From: Rebecca billardiae RCC1528
Lineage: Eukaryota; Protista; Haptophyta
Length of the DNA stretch: 64,000 nucleotides
Reading direction: 5' to 3'
Assembly (NCBI GenBank): GCA_965240325.2
Contig: OZ251224.1
Location: 3,596,001 to 3,660,000 of the forward strand
Part shown: positions 21,833-33,365 of the stretch, piece by piece
Position numbering within the stretch: position 1 is the first letter of the stretch
How the letters are laid out: every line of letters starts with the position of its first letter
Notes under the pieces: model-generated
The model's input: the letters and a program-made list of their open reading frames with translations, nothing else
The model's database searches: none
What the model was told of the DNA's origin: nothing
Made by a program: the position numbers and the translations under genes

Positions 21833-23329
21833 ATGGGGACGAGAAGCACACCCCCAGCCCCCAAATTGCCCTTGCCCGCCTCGCCCCAACAGTCGTCGAC
21901 TGCGCCCTCCGCTGAGGGCTCCGCGCGCTCTGATGCGCGTTCGCCTCTGACCACCCCCACCGCTCGTCCTCGCCTGCCGGCCCTCTCCGGTGGCGGCGGC
22001 TCGTCAATGACCAAGTCGCCGACTCGGTCTCGCCCGCCCTTGGAGATGCCATCCGGCGGAGAAAGCGGCTCCACGAAGAAGTCGCCGTCTCGGGCTCGGC
22101 CCGCATTGCAGGTGCCGTCCGCAGCTGGTCGGCGGGGCGAGAGCACGCGTCTCAATCCCGAGGACCCGCGTGTCCTGAGGAGCTCGCGCAGCCCGGCGCG
22201 CGAGCGCAGCTCGGGGCGCGCGTCCGCGGGCGACGCGCTCTCCGTCGGAGCGTGGCTGCCGAATGCGGCTGCGCGCGGCGCGGCGGGCGCGGGCGGCGGG
22301 CCGGTCGAGTACTCCGAGCTCGAGATGGGCGAGGAGCTCGGACGCGGCTCATTCGCTGTCGTGTACCGCGCGCGCCTCCGCGGCGACACGTGCTGCGTCA
22401 AGGTGCACCGCGAGTCGGTGGACACGAACAACGCGCTCGGCGAGCTGAAGGAGCTCGAGCTCTTCCGGCGCGAGGCGATGCTCATGCAGCGGCTGCGGCA
22501 CAAGAACGTCGTCGAGCTGTACGGCTTCTGCCTCAAGCCGCGCGCGCTCGTGATGGAGTTCTGCCAGAACGGCTCCCTGTACGCCATCCTGCACGACAGC
22601 CAGTTCGAACCGCTGCTCGACACGCTGGCGGCGTGCAAGAAGTTCGCGACGGGGATCTGCGCGGGGATGGCGCACCTGCACGAGCACGGCGTCGTGCACC
22701 GCGACCTGCGCACCGAGAACGTCTTCATCGCCTTCCCGCCCGCCTCCAAGGTGGGCGTGCGCGTGAAGGTGGGCGACTTCAACCTGAGCCGCGAGGTCTC
22801 GGCCTCCTCGCTCACCATGACGGAGTGCGGCACCTTCCAGTGGATCGCGCCGGAGACGGTGCGCGAGGAGCACGCCTCGGAGATGGTGGACGTGTACTCG
22901 TTCGCGATGGTGCTCTGGGAGATCGCGACGCGCGAGGTGCCCTTCACCGAGGTGGAGGGCGGGCCGTGGTTTGCGAGCCTGCAGGCGGCGTTCCATGGCC
23001 TGCGGCCGTCTCTCGAGCACGTGCGCCACCGCGAGCACTTCGAGCCTCTCATCACGAGCTGCTGGGTGGACGACCATCACGCGCGCCCCACGTTCAAGCG
23101 GCTCAAGCAGCGCCTGCGTAAGATCCCGGGGGGCTCGCTCAAGGAGGCGCTGGAGCTGCTGCCGGAGAAGGCGCGGCGGCAGTTCAAGCAGGGCATGCAG
23201 GCGACGGTGAACGTGAACGTTGGGAGTGGCGCCGCCCGAGATGCCACCACCGGCACCGTCGCCGCCTCGTCGGACGCTGGCGGATCCGGCCCAGCCAGCC
23301 CGGCCGCAGGAGTGTCGCCGCGCCAGTAA
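21833..23329 (+). CDS. tyrosine-kinase-like (TKL/Raf-like) protein kinase
   Basis: GRGSFAVV, CVK, HRDLRTEN, DFN, GTFQWIAPE and DVYSFAMVLWE. Confidence 0.92.
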   Translation: MGTRSTPPAPKLPLPASPQQSSTAPSAEGSARSDARSPLTTPTARPRLPALSGGGGSSMTKSPTRSRPPLEMPSGGESGSTKKSPSRARPALQVPSAAGRRGESTRLNPEDPRVLRSSRSPARERSSGRASAGDALSVGAWLPNAAARGAAGAGGGPVEYSELEMGEELGRGSFAVVYRARLRGDTCCVKVHRESVDTNNALGELKELELFRREAMLMQRLRHKNVVELYGFCLKPRALVMEFCQNGSLYAILHDSQFEPLLDTLAACKKFATGICAGMAHLHEHGVVHRDLRTENVFIAFPPASKVGVRVKVGDFNLSREVSASSLTMTECGTFQWIAPETVREEHASEMVDVYSFAMVLWEIATREVPFTEVEGGPWFASLQAAFHGLRPSLEHVRHREHFEPLITSCWVDDHHARPTFKRLKQRLRKIPGGSLKEALELLPEKARRQFKQGMQATVNVNVGSGAARDATTGTVAASSDAGGSGPASPAAGVSPRQ

Positions 23330-23877
23330 GCAAGCAGCAAATGCTACGACCGAATAATAATCATTGTATTTAATATTATATTTAATTATTATTTAATTAT
23401 TATTTATTTAATCATCAGAATGACCAAAGGAAGTATTATTATAATTATAAATCATTTTTTAAAAAATAGTTCATGTATTAGTATACAGCGTCGGCTTTCG
23501 GAAATGACCTGAGTTCACGCTAGGCATCACTCAACCAACAGGCCGAGATGCACCAGGGTCCCACAGAGTCACGTTCGCACCGATTGAAATGTCGTAACCC
23601 GCTCGGCCGACGCGAGAAGGGCAGGTGCGCCATGCCAACTGTCCGCGATTCCACGTCACGGCGCCCAGCGTGGCGTCTGCAGAAGCGATGCCAACGAGTC
23701 AGGGCAGTCGCTTGTGGCGCATGCGCCCGCGGCGGTCACGACTGCCACCACCGGAGCGGCGAGGACACACGACACCATGGGGCGGCTGCCAGTCGGCTGC
23801 GCACGCACACAGGCCGCCAGCGAGCATGCTGTGCGGCACGCACGGAGGTGGGGACAAAGCGCCCGCGGCGCGCGCGA

Positions 23878-25047
23878 TCACGCCACGGCTGCCCTTCTCC
23901 GGCCGAAGAAGCTGAAGCCCACCTTCGGCGTCGGCTGCTTCTCCAGCTTGGGCACGGGCAGCACGTGCTCGGTCGAGAAGCGCTTCGGGTTGTGGGTCGA
24001 GCCGTCCTCCGACTCGGAGGAGGACTGGTTGGGCGTGGCGGTCTCCAACTCCTTGGTGGAGCCGCGGCGGTTGGACCAGCCGCCAGAGATGGAGCGCTGC
24101 GAGCCGCTGGAGGCGGAGCTGGGGCGCCGGCGCCACGTGCTCGACAGCGTCGGCTTGGCGGGCGCCTCCGGCTCGAACTCGCCGCCGAGCTCGATCGCGA
24201 TGCACGACGCGTCGTCCACGCCCACGTTGGTCGACATGACCGCGCGCAGGACGGACTTGGCGAGCCACGACGCGCCGCACTTGGGCTTGCGGCTGGTGAT
24301 GGCGAGCCGCGCCGCCTCGTCCGGCCGGATGAAGTCCCACACGCCGTCCGAGCCCACGAGGATGGTGCCGCCCTCCTTTGGGACCGGGACGGTCTTGATG
24401 TACGGGTCGGGGATGCACGCCTTGGTCGAGTCGTGGTCGCCGATCGAGCGCGTGACCATGAGCCCGCCGGGGTAGAGGCGCTCCGGGCCGGTGGGCTTGC
24501 CGCTCGCGCCCCGCACGCGGCCGATCTGCGCGCCCGCCTTGAATATCCGCTGCTCCTCCTTGGCGTCGCGGCGCTCGACGCGGTGGTCGGCGGTGAGCTG
24601 GACGGCCCCCGACGGCGGCGTGTACAAGTGCGCCTCCGAGTCGCCCACGTTGGCGACGGTGATGCGCGCGGCGTCGATGATGATGCACGTGGCCGTCGTC
24701 CCGTCGCCACGCGCGTGCATCGTCGCGAAAACGCGGTCCGCCTCGACGAACGCCGAGTGCAGCGCCGCCTCGAGGCGCTCGACGTGCGAGCTGCCCTTGG
24801 CTTTGGCGTACGCCGTCGCGACGAGCTGGGGCATGTGCTCCGCGCAGTAGTGCGACGCCAGGTGGCCGCCATGACCATCGAACACGCCGTAGAACTGCAC
24901 CGTGCGCCCACCGCTCAGCTCGATCGTGCAGCTGCGAGTCGCGTCCTCGCCCTTGACCGAGTAGCGCTGCAGCGCGTGCGACACGCTCATCTCGTCGCTC
25001 GCGTCGGCCTGTGAGCTCCTCACGGTGTGTTGCGATGCGTTCGACAT
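23878..25047 (-). CDS. protein phosphatase 2C (PPM family)
   Basis: GED, GVFDGHGG, ANVGDS, TRSIGD, GSDGVWD and DDASC; start uncertain. Confidence 0.92.
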   Translation of the reverse strand: MSNASQHTVRSSQADASDEMSVSHALQRYSVKGEDATRSCTIELSGGRTVQFYGVFDGHGGHLASHYCAEHMPQLVATAYAKAKGSSHVERLEAALHSAFVEADRVFATMHARGDGTTATCIIIDAARITVANVGDSEAHLYTPPSGAVQLTADHRVERRDAKEEQRIFKAGAQIGRVRGASGKPTGPERLYPGGLMVTRSIGDHDSTKACIPDPYIKTVPVPKEGGTILVGSDGVWDFIRPDEAARLAITSRKPKCGASWLAKSVLRAVMSTNVGVDDASCIAIELGGEFEPEAPAKPTLSSTWRRRPSSASSGSQRSISGGWSNRRGSTKELETATPNQSSSESEDGSTHNPKRFSTEHVLPVPKLEKQPTPKVGFSFFGRRRAAVA

Positions 25048-25661
25048 GTCCGCGCGAAGCGGCGGGTGGACAGCAGGCATGCACCGTGCACCACCAGCTG
25101 CAGCGCCGTTCGGTCGAACGGCCGAGCTTCGCGCGTCGCGCGTCGACGCCGATTCGGTGCTGAAGCGGCACTCGATTGCTCGTCGGAGGCGCGAGAGGAA
25201 TTCGTCTGGTGGGAATCCTAGTCGATCTCGCACCCGAGAAGGCGAAGACGTGGCGCGACGGCTCGAAGGCAAGGATCAGATAGGGCGCTGTGATTGGTCA
25301 CCGCAAAACAAGGCTCCCCTTGCCGCAAAGCCTGAATAGTATGGGCGGACAGTCTCGGAACAACCATATTTGAAAGATGTTAATGTTTCCGGCCCTGCAT
25401 TCCGAGCCTGAACACAATATACACATGAGAGTTGATGGGTACAATTACCTCATGATGACTCTGAGAGCATATGGTAGAGATGTAGCAGAAGCCTGTATCA
25501 GACCTACGGGTGAATCTTTCCACGACTTCAGGCTGATGATTTTTATAATGGGTATCGTCCGCATCTCCCAAGCGCAGATCGGCATCTCGGCTGCCCAAGA
25601 CGGTACTCCGCGGTGTCCGGACCGGGGGGGGGGCCGGACACACGCGCGGTGCCGGTGCGCC

Positions 25662-27434
25662 ATGGAGGCCGGCGTCGGCGCCGAGGAGGTGGCCGAGTCG
25701 GGAGCGGAGCAGGAGCTCGCGGCGCCGGATGCCATCATGGAGCCGTACGTGCTGCACTCGCTGCAGCACTTTTTACAGGCCGGTGGCGAGCCGCAGGTCG
25801 CCATCCAGCACCTCTCGCAGGGGTACTGCGGCTACGCGCCGATCACGTGGCTGCTGTGGCAGCTCGCCGCGGACGGCGGCGTGCCGCAGGCGGAGCTGGA
25901 GGAGCTCGTGTGGGCGCACCTCCGGATGCGCGTGATGTCGCTCTTCACCGCGCAGCGCGCCGACACCGTGCTGGACGCCGGCGAGGTGCCCAAGTGGCTC
26001 GAGGAGCTCTTGGCGATACCGCCGGGCCAGCAGCTGATCGAGCAGCTCGCCGAGGAGCACAAGGGGAAGGGCAGCATGGTGCTCGCGTTCGCGATGCGCC
26101 GCCTCGCCGAGATCGCCGCGGCGCAAGGGCGCACCGGCGGCCTCCTCGCCGTCGGCGTCGGCGAGATCGACGAGCGCCCCACCGACTTTGCGCGCGCGTT
26201 TGCGTCGCTGGTGTGCGTCGCGCTCGCGGCGGCGCGCGCAGAGGAGCCGGCCGCGCTCGAGCAGCTGCACCGGCTGTGCTGCGCGTCGGAGACATGCTTC
26301 GCGTACGCGCTCGTGCTCCTGTCGCGCCTCGGCGCCGAGCACCCCACCTTCGCCCGCGTGCGTGACGACCTCGTCCGGTACGCCGACGACAAGTACGGCG
26401 CGGGCGCGCTCCAGTTTGCCCTTGGCGCCGCGGGCGCGCCGCGCCACTCGGCGCTGCTCGAGGCGCTCGAGGGCGCGGTGGGCTCGCGCGGCGAGCTGAC
26501 GCCGGCGGACGTGCTCGCGCTGCACGCCCTCGCCACCGACGCCCCGCCCGCGCCCGGCGCCCACCTCGTCCGCGCCAACCCGCAGCTGCTCGAGCGGCTC
26601 GTGCTGGCGCTCTTCACGCCGGCCGGGGAGAGCAGCTCCGGCATTCCGTACGCGCACCGCGCGCAGTACGTGGGCCTGCTGGCGCACGCCGCGGCGGCGG
26701 AGGCGGCGGCGGGCGGCGGCGGCACGCGGGACGCGGGCGTGCGCGAGCTCGCCGCGCGCATCGGCGCCGCCGCGCGCATCTGCGCGGAGAACCCGTTCGG
26801 CCGCGAGCTCGGCATCGGCTGCGCCAAGCTGGCCGAGCTGAGCGACGGCTGCCCCGTCGTCGCGGCGGGCGTTCTCGCGTGGACGCGCGGGAACCTGCTG
26901 GACCCGTCGCTCGCGACGTCGCGGCTGAACATGGCGGCGATCAACCTGATCGTGCCGCTCCTCGACACGGTCGCCGAGCGCCACCCGCGGCTGCGCCCGC
27001 GCGCCGCCAGCACGCTCGCGGACGCGTTCGAGCACGCGAGCCAGCCGAGCTCGCTCGACGCCTTCTCGATGGTGGCGGTCAAGCGGCGGCTGATCGACTC
27101 GCTGCTCCACCTCGCGTGCATCGGCGAGGCGGTGCTCGTGGTCGGGCGGATGACGCGCTGCATGCAGCGCACGGACCTCGCGCTCGCGCGCCACTTTGTC
27201 ACCGAGCTCGTCGCGATGGCCGCGCCGCCCTTCTCGCGCGAGTTCCTGCACGCCGTCGGCACGCTGTGCGGGCACAAGCGGATCGACGAGGCGATGCGCA
27301 CGGCCGACACGGGCACGCAGCGCGCGCTGCTCGACCTCATCGGGCGCGCGCACGCCGAGCTGGACGAGGGCGCGCTCAACGAGCAGTGCATCGCGCTGCA
27401 CGACGGGCTGCTCCAACGGCTGGCCGCATCGTAG
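25662..27434 (+). CDS. NELFCD: negative elongation factor C/D (TH1-like)
   Basis: DAIMEPYVLHSLQHFLQAGGEPQVAIQHLSQGY, PKWLEELL and DLALARHFVTELVAMAAPPFS match the TH1 family pattern; about 590 aa. Confidence 0.88.
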   Translation: MEAGVGAEEVAESGAEQELAAPDAIMEPYVLHSLQHFLQAGGEPQVAIQHLSQGYCGYAPITWLLWQLAADGGVPQAELEELVWAHLRMRVMSLFTAQRADTVLDAGEVPKWLEELLAIPPGQQLIEQLAEEHKGKGSMVLAFAMRRLAEIAAAQGRTGGLLAVGVGEIDERPTDFARAFASLVCVALAAARAEEPAALEQLHRLCCASETCFAYALVLLSRLGAEHPTFARVRDDLVRYADDKYGAGALQFALGAAGAPRHSALLEALEGAVGSRGELTPADVLALHALATDAPPAPGAHLVRANPQLLERLVLALFTPAGESSSGIPYAHRAQYVGLLAHAAAAEAAAGGGGTRDAGVRELAARIGAAARICAENPFGRELGIGCAKLAELSDGCPVVAAGVLAWTRGNLLDPSLATSRLNMAAINLIVPLLDTVAERHPRLRPRAASTLADAFEHASQPSSLDAFSMVAVKRRLIDSLLHLACIGEAVLVVGRMTRCMQRTDLALARHFVTELVAMAAPPFSREFLHAVGTLCGHKRIDEAMRTADTGTQRALLDLIGRAHAELDEGALNEQCIALHDGLLQRLAAS

Positions 27435-28054
27435 GCAGCGCCCGCGCTCGATCGCACCAGCGGGGGGAGCAGTAGGTAGCTTACAGGTCTGAACGATCAG
27501 AAGCCTGGCATCATCGGAGGTGGCTGGCGGAGCGGTCGGCCCCGATATACATCGACATGAGTGTCGTCGTCGACCATATGTGACGATGGCACATCAGTGC
27601 GTCAGTGTGACGACAACTACCCGTCCGTAGTGAGTGTCCAGTACCGTCTGCGACTGCGGCGGGATAGTAATTAGTAACTACTCGACGACTGCTGAGCTGG
27701 CTATACTCGGCCTATACGGGCTGCACTACTGTAGGCCTAGCCGTGCCGCCGGCGCGCTTATCATTATCGATTATGCTGCCAGGCCGCCAGCGGACCCTGG
27801 GCCAGGCTCAGGCTGCAATGCCTCAGCCTGTTGCCACAATCATTGAATCAGTGACAATCATGTCACTCGCGTCGGCACAGTTGACCACGTGAGACCGACG
27901 GGTATAGTTCTGCCGACCGACGTGCGCCGCGGAAGTTCAAGAAGCCGACGAGTGTGTAGCGGTCGCGAGGGGCAGCGCGACAGCGCCCCACCATCGCCCA
28001 GCGACCAACGTCAACGACGTGTCCCGGTTCCCGCCAAATGTACGGGGCCACGGG

Positions 28055-28111
28055 GGTACAGTTTACTATGTTTTAACGTGCACAGACTTGGTTAAGGCGT
28101 GATTGACGCCA
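28055..28111. repeat. dispersed repeat fragment shared with 57486-57700 (inverted) and 11364-11377
   Basis: 28089-28111 is the exact reverse complement of 57486-57508; GGTACAGTTTACTA is shared with 11364. Confidence 0.65.
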
Positions 28112-28481
28112 TCCAACACTGCACAAAAACACCGCCACGAAACAGACCGGCGCAGGCAGGTGAGGGGCGCGTTGCCGCACCTCATCGAGGCGGCCATTGC
28201 AGCAAGCGGCCGCCCCGCGCTCGGTACAATACGTACTCTGCGCATGCACACCGAACGGCGGCGGCGTAGGCTGTCCGACTCTACACTCGTAGCCAGCGGA
28301 GGGGGGCCGGACAGGCTAGCGGCGGCGAACGCGGACGCCGACGGCGAATAATAATTGTGCATCATCGATTCGTATGATTATAAAGCGAACGCCGACGGCA
28401 AAATTGCGTCGTCCGAAGGCGACACGGCCAACGGCGAGAGCGGCGCGAGCTCGTGAGGCGTGGTGGTGCTCGCTGTCAGTG

Positions 28482-30540
28482 ATGCTTCCGCTGCTCGCCG
28501 CCGCGGCACTGGGGATGCCAACGGTCCCGGCGCTGACGAAGTATCACACCACGCCATTCCCGTCCAAGGACAACCGCGCCGATCCCTCCGTGCCCGACCT
28601 TTCTCTCTTCCCGATCCTCTCGCAGAAGATTGGCGGCCACACCGGCAACGACGCGCCGTCTGAGTTCTTCAAGTACATCCCTAGCGAGGGTGTGGTCGCG
28701 GTGTGCAACGACGGTGGCAAGGCCCTCGACATTTACACGCTCGACACGCACGCCCTCAAGTTCACGCTCGAGAACTCGATCGACCTCTCGCCGAACGCTC
28801 CGCAGTCGCTTGACTACAACAAGCAGAACGGCGTCCTTGTCCTCGCGCTGGACACGGGCGGCCGCGGTCCGGCTCAGTACGGCGAGTTTGCGGTGTTTGA
28901 CCTGTCCACGCTCACGACGGCGACCGCGCCCCTCTTCACGAAGAGCGCCATGGGCATCCTGCCGGACCACGTCTCGTTTTCGCCGAACGGCCACACACTC
29001 AACATCGCGATCGAGGCGGAGCCGATGGACGACTTCAGCCACGACGGCACGGGTGGCGTGACGTCGTGCACGTCGACGGACTGGAAGAACACGGCCATGT
29101 ACGCGTGCAACTTCGTCTCCCTCGCCATCTTCGACCCCATGGCCACCGACATCCAAATGAAGGGCATCCACCTCCCCGCGACCCGCGCCCTCGGCAACAC
29201 GGTCGGCCAGTCGCTCGAGCCCGAGTACATCACCTACTCGGAGGACTCGAGCACGGCGTACGTGGCGTGCCAGGAGAACAACGCGATGGCGGTCCTCGAC
29301 CTGACGGCCATGCCTCCCGTGTACACCGAGCTCCGCCCGCTCGGTTACAAGTCGCTCGAGGCGTTCCCGGCAGACGTCTCGGACAGTGACGACACCCTAG
29401 GCAACATCCGCAGCTGGCCCAACGTCTGGTCGATGTTCCAGCCGGACACGATCACGTCGTACACCGCGCCGGACGGCAAGCGCTACATCGTGACGGCGAA
29501 CGAGGGCGACGCGCAGGACTACGACGGCTTCTCTGAGGAGGCACGCGTGAAGGACGTCACCCTCGACCCGACTGTCTTCCCCGACGCGGCGACGCTCCAG
29601 GCGGACGAGCACCTCGGCCGCATGAAGATGACCACGCAGCAGGGCGACGAGGCGAACGATGGCGCGTATGAGTACATCGTAGGCTTTGGCGGCCGCTCGT
29701 TCTCGATCTGGGACGCGGAGACCGGCATGATTGTGTGGGACTCGGGCTCGCAGGCTGAGCAGATCATGGCTGCCAAGAGCCGCACTTTCGTAAGCGCGTG
29801 CGCGCGCCACCGCTCGCGACCTTTCATTGCCCGTGCAAGCCGCGCCTCGCGTGGAGCCTGCCTGCCGGCGAAGTCCCCCGCGCATGCCAGTGTGCACAGC
29901 TCCCACCCGCCGACTCCGCGCATACCTTCCCCTGCCCTCCGTCTCTCAGCCGTACTTCAACAGCCAGGGCACCCTCGACAGCGCGGACTCGCGCTCGGAC
30001 GACAAGGGCGTTGAGCCCGAGGGCCTCGCCGTCGGCCAGGTTGGCGGTCGGTGGTACCTCTTCGGCGCGGCGGAGCGCGCGTCGATGATTTACGTGTGGG
30101 ACATCACCAACCCGCACGACTCGGTCTTCCTCTCCCTCAACTCGCAGCCGGATTGCGCGGGCGACCGCTCGCAGCTGGTGATCGACCCGGAGGCCATGCA
30201 GTTTGTGCCCGAGGGGGATTCGCCCTTCGGCTTCCCCGTGCTGATTGCAACGGGGACGGTATCGGGCTCACTGGCTGTGTTCCGCATCCAGCATACACCC
30301 TCGCTTGACATCTGCGCCCCGTGGAGCTGCCCTGCTGAGTGCGAGAAGCTCGAGGTGACCATCACGCCGCCGGAGACGTTCGGCAGGCGCCGCGCGCTCA
30401 GCCACGCGGGCGACCGCAGCCTCCTCTTCGGCACCTTCCGCCCGGTGCCTCCCACGGAGATGCCCACGCCAATGCCCACGCCGATGCCCACGCCCGAGCC
30501 GATGATGTGCCCGGCGGGCTGCGCCCCTCCAGCAGCCTAG
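28482..30540 (+). CDS. secreted choice-of-anchor I family protein (alkaline-phosphatase-associated beta-propeller); exons 28482-29789 and 29950-30540
   Basis: Signal peptide MLPLLAAAALG; LEPEYI, MFQPD, TANEGD, LGRMK, FGGRSFSIWD and DSRSDDKGVEPEG; in-phase GTAAGC..CAG intron 29790-29949. Confidence 0.85.
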
Positions 30541-30819
30541 GTGAAGTTGATGCGGCAGCGCCAACGGCAACGGGTCAGTGGCAGTGCGGAAGATGGAGTG
30601 GCACTCAGGCTGGTTAGCAGGCTTCATCGATCGAGCTCGGTGAACAAGTCTAAGAGAACTGAGAAGGCGGCGTCAGTATTCATCAATATTGACTATATAC
30701 GTACTCATCATCAGCAGTGATGCGCCTACGACTCTCAGCCGAGGGCCTGATGAGTGATGCGCCGCCTTCCGAATACAGGCTCCGCCATCAATCATGTGAT
30801 CGTCTGACTCGGCCAGGTC

Positions 30820-32072
30820 TCACTTCCTCCCTCTGCCCGCCGTGGCCGGGTTGGGTTTCACCTCCTTCTCCTGCACCGAATGCAGCAGCAGCGTGTTCGT
30901 CTTCACGTTGTAGTGCTCCGACCCCTTGGACCAATCGTACGAGGCGGCGTACGCAAAGATGACGCCGTCGTGGTTGAACGCGCCGCACGGGATCGGCACG
31001 TTGCACTTCTTAAACTCCTTCAGCCGTTGGCGGCTGGCGGGGGTGGGCAGGGGGGCGTCGACCGCGGGGGCGCGGGGCGTGTGAGAGCGCCGCTCGCACT
31101 CCGCTCGCACACCCGCGCTGCGCGCGCGCGTGGCGCGCGCACTTGTCCTTGTCCCAAAAGTTGTACGAGCCATCGGCGCCCATCGTCGCGAAGGTGCCGA
31201 ACTTGGGGTGGAACGCGATCGCGTTCACGGCCCAGATGTCCGAGTTCGTGTTGTCACGGTGGCACTTGAACGCGAAGTTCTTCTGCTGGTTCACCGGGTC
31301 GACGTGCTGCACGGCCACGCGCCCCTCGATCGAGCCGAGGCAGAAGCCCGACCGGTCCGGGAAGTTGGCGACGCACCGGCTCTGGTACTTGAGCGGCGAC
31401 TCGAGCTCGCGGAAGGGCTTCTGCGGGTTCTGCAGATTGAAGATGACGAGCTTGCGGTCGGCGGTGCCTACTGTGAGCAGGGGGTACTGCGCGGCGCACA
31501 CGAGGGCGCAGCCAGCTCAGGCGTGCCCCCGCGGCGCGCATGCGCCGTGGCCCCTCGCGCGCGCGCGCGCGCGCAGCCGGACGTGCACGCACAGTGGCAT
31601 CCATGCAGAAGACGCGCTCCGGGAGCTGCACCGTGCACTGCGGCGTGGGCGCCCGGCAGTCCCAGTACTTGATCGTCTTGTCCCAGCTCCCGGTGACGAG
31701 GCAGTTCATCTCCTGCAGCCAGAACATGTGGCGCACCGGCGCGTCGTGCGCGCCCACCTGCATCATCTGGTTCGAGGCGAGGTCCCAGCACTTTGCCATT
31801 TTGTCGCAGCCGCCCGAGAACACCTTCGCCCCGTCGTGGCTCCACGAGCACGCCAGGATGGGCGCATCGTGCGCCTGTGCCGCCTTGGGCACGATCGTGC
31901 CCGTCATCTGCACGTCCCAGCACCGAATCTGATTGTCCCACGAGCCCGCGACGAGCAGATTGGAGCTCGGGCTCCATCGCACGCACGAGATGCCGTCCGT
32001 CGGGCCGTTCGGCACGACGATGTCGTTGTTCGGGTTCGCCGAGTTCATCGCGACGCCCGGGGAGCCGAACAT
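30820..32072 (-). CDS. RAE1: mRNA export factor Rae1/Gle2; exons 32072-31593, 31486-31143 and 31033-30820
   Basis: [37 protein letters not shown] and [10 protein letters not shown]; two GT-AG introns restore the frame. Confidence 0.95.
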
Positions 32073-32164
32073 GGCTGCCGCCTAGCCCGCCTACGCGGGT
32101 GGAGGTGAATCCCGGACCCGGCCGTCCCGGCGAGGGCATGACCCGGATTTGGAAGGAAGCAACA

Positions 32165-33046
32165 ATGGCTGCTCGGAGTGCTCGCCGGTGGCTTCGCGAC
32201 ATATGCCGCACGTGCGTGCGCCCCGTGGGCGCAGCTGTCGGGGCGGCGGCATTGCTCGGTGGCGGGAGCGTGGCCTTCGCCAGCGAAAAGAAGGGGCCCT
32301 CATTCCCGAAGTCTTCCAACGAGCTCTTCTACGACACGCTGGCGCGTCATCAGCGCGCAATCTACTTGTCTGGCTCGATTGATGATGCGTCGGCAAAGAC
32401 GACGATAGGCCAGCTGCTCACCCTGGAGTTCGAGAAGCCCGGCGAGCCGATCACGATGTATATCACGAGCAGAGGTGGGAAAGTGCACTCCGGGCTTGGC
32501 ATCATCGATGTCATGCGCTTCATCACCTCCCCTGTGCGGACCGTGTGCGTCGGCCATTGCGAATCGATGGGAGCAATCATCCTCGCGGCAGGCGAGCGTG
32601 GCCAGCGCTTCGCCCTCCCGAACGCGCGGATGATGATTCACGAGCCCGTTGGCGTGCCTGGCCACAGGCAGACCGCCGAGGAGATCCGCCTGCGCGCCGA
32701 GCAGCTGCAGAAGACGCGCGACGTCCTGTGCGACATGCTGGTCGAGTGCACGGGCAAGGAGCGCGCGGTCATAGAGAAGGCGTTCGAGCGCGACACGTAC
32801 GTGGACGTCGCGGGGGCGCAGGAGCTCGGGCTCATTGATCACGTCGCGTGCAACATGGCCGCCATCGATCCCGACCTCGCCGCCGAGCTTGCCGCCAAGA
32901 AGGAGGCGCGCGCAGCAGGCAGTGCGAAGGAGGCTGAGACCTCGAGCTCGGCCAGCAACGGTGACACCAATGGCTCGAGCTCAACGGAGGAGGAGCCGGG
33001 AACGGACACGGACGCGGCGCCGCCGAGGGGCGCACGCTCGGCGTAA
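32165..33046 (+). CDS. clpP: ATP-dependent Clp protease proteolytic subunit, probably mitochondrial
   Basis: Catalytic triad contexts CESMG, MIHEP and ERD; LPNARMMIH; Arg-rich N-terminal presequence. Confidence 0.9.
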   Translation: MAARSARRWLRDICRTCVRPVGAAVGAAALLGGGSVAFASEKKGPSFPKSSNELFYDTLARHQRAIYLSGSIDDASAKTTIGQLLTLEFEKPGEPITMYITSRGGKVHSGLGIIDVMRFITSPVRTVCVGHCESMGAIILAAGERGQRFALPNARMMIHEPVGVPGHRQTAEEIRLRAEQLQKTRDVLCDMLVECTGKERAVIEKAFERDTYVDVAGAQELGLIDHVACNMAAIDPDLAAELAAKKEARAAGSAKEAETSSSASNGDTNGSSSTEEEPGTDTDAAPPRGARSA

Positions 33047-33365
33047 GCCCATCGTGTGCTGGGCCTGCGCTGATGTGCCACTACCATTCGATCTGGTCAT
33101 TAAGTCCTGCAGCGCGCGCCTGACTACTAGTCAGAATGCGGCAGCGCGCGCCGCCCATCCAGACTCGGCTTGCGACTGCGTCGGGCATATCCGTGCAGCA
33201 CCCCTAAGCAGCATCAGTGTCAGCAGCCGTCCTACTTATCATCGCCGCGCCATCGGGCCGGCATCAGACGATATATATATATATATCGTCCGGTAATTCC
33301 GGCGGAGAGAGAGAGAGAGATATGACCGCGTTCCGCGGTCCTTCCATAGAACCAACGTAGTTAGG

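Noticed and set aside
25452-25536. ATGATGA...CTGA pair as a second C/D snoRNA
   Set aside because: No convincing terminal stem, and only about 8 nt of possible rRNA complementarity
25377-25661. N-terminal extension of the NELFCD ORF
   Set aside because: Lower-GC, intergenic-like composition; TH1 similarity begins after the ATG at 25662
27891-27900. GAGACC as a third foldback terminus
   Set aside because: No matching inverted partner or TSD found in the window
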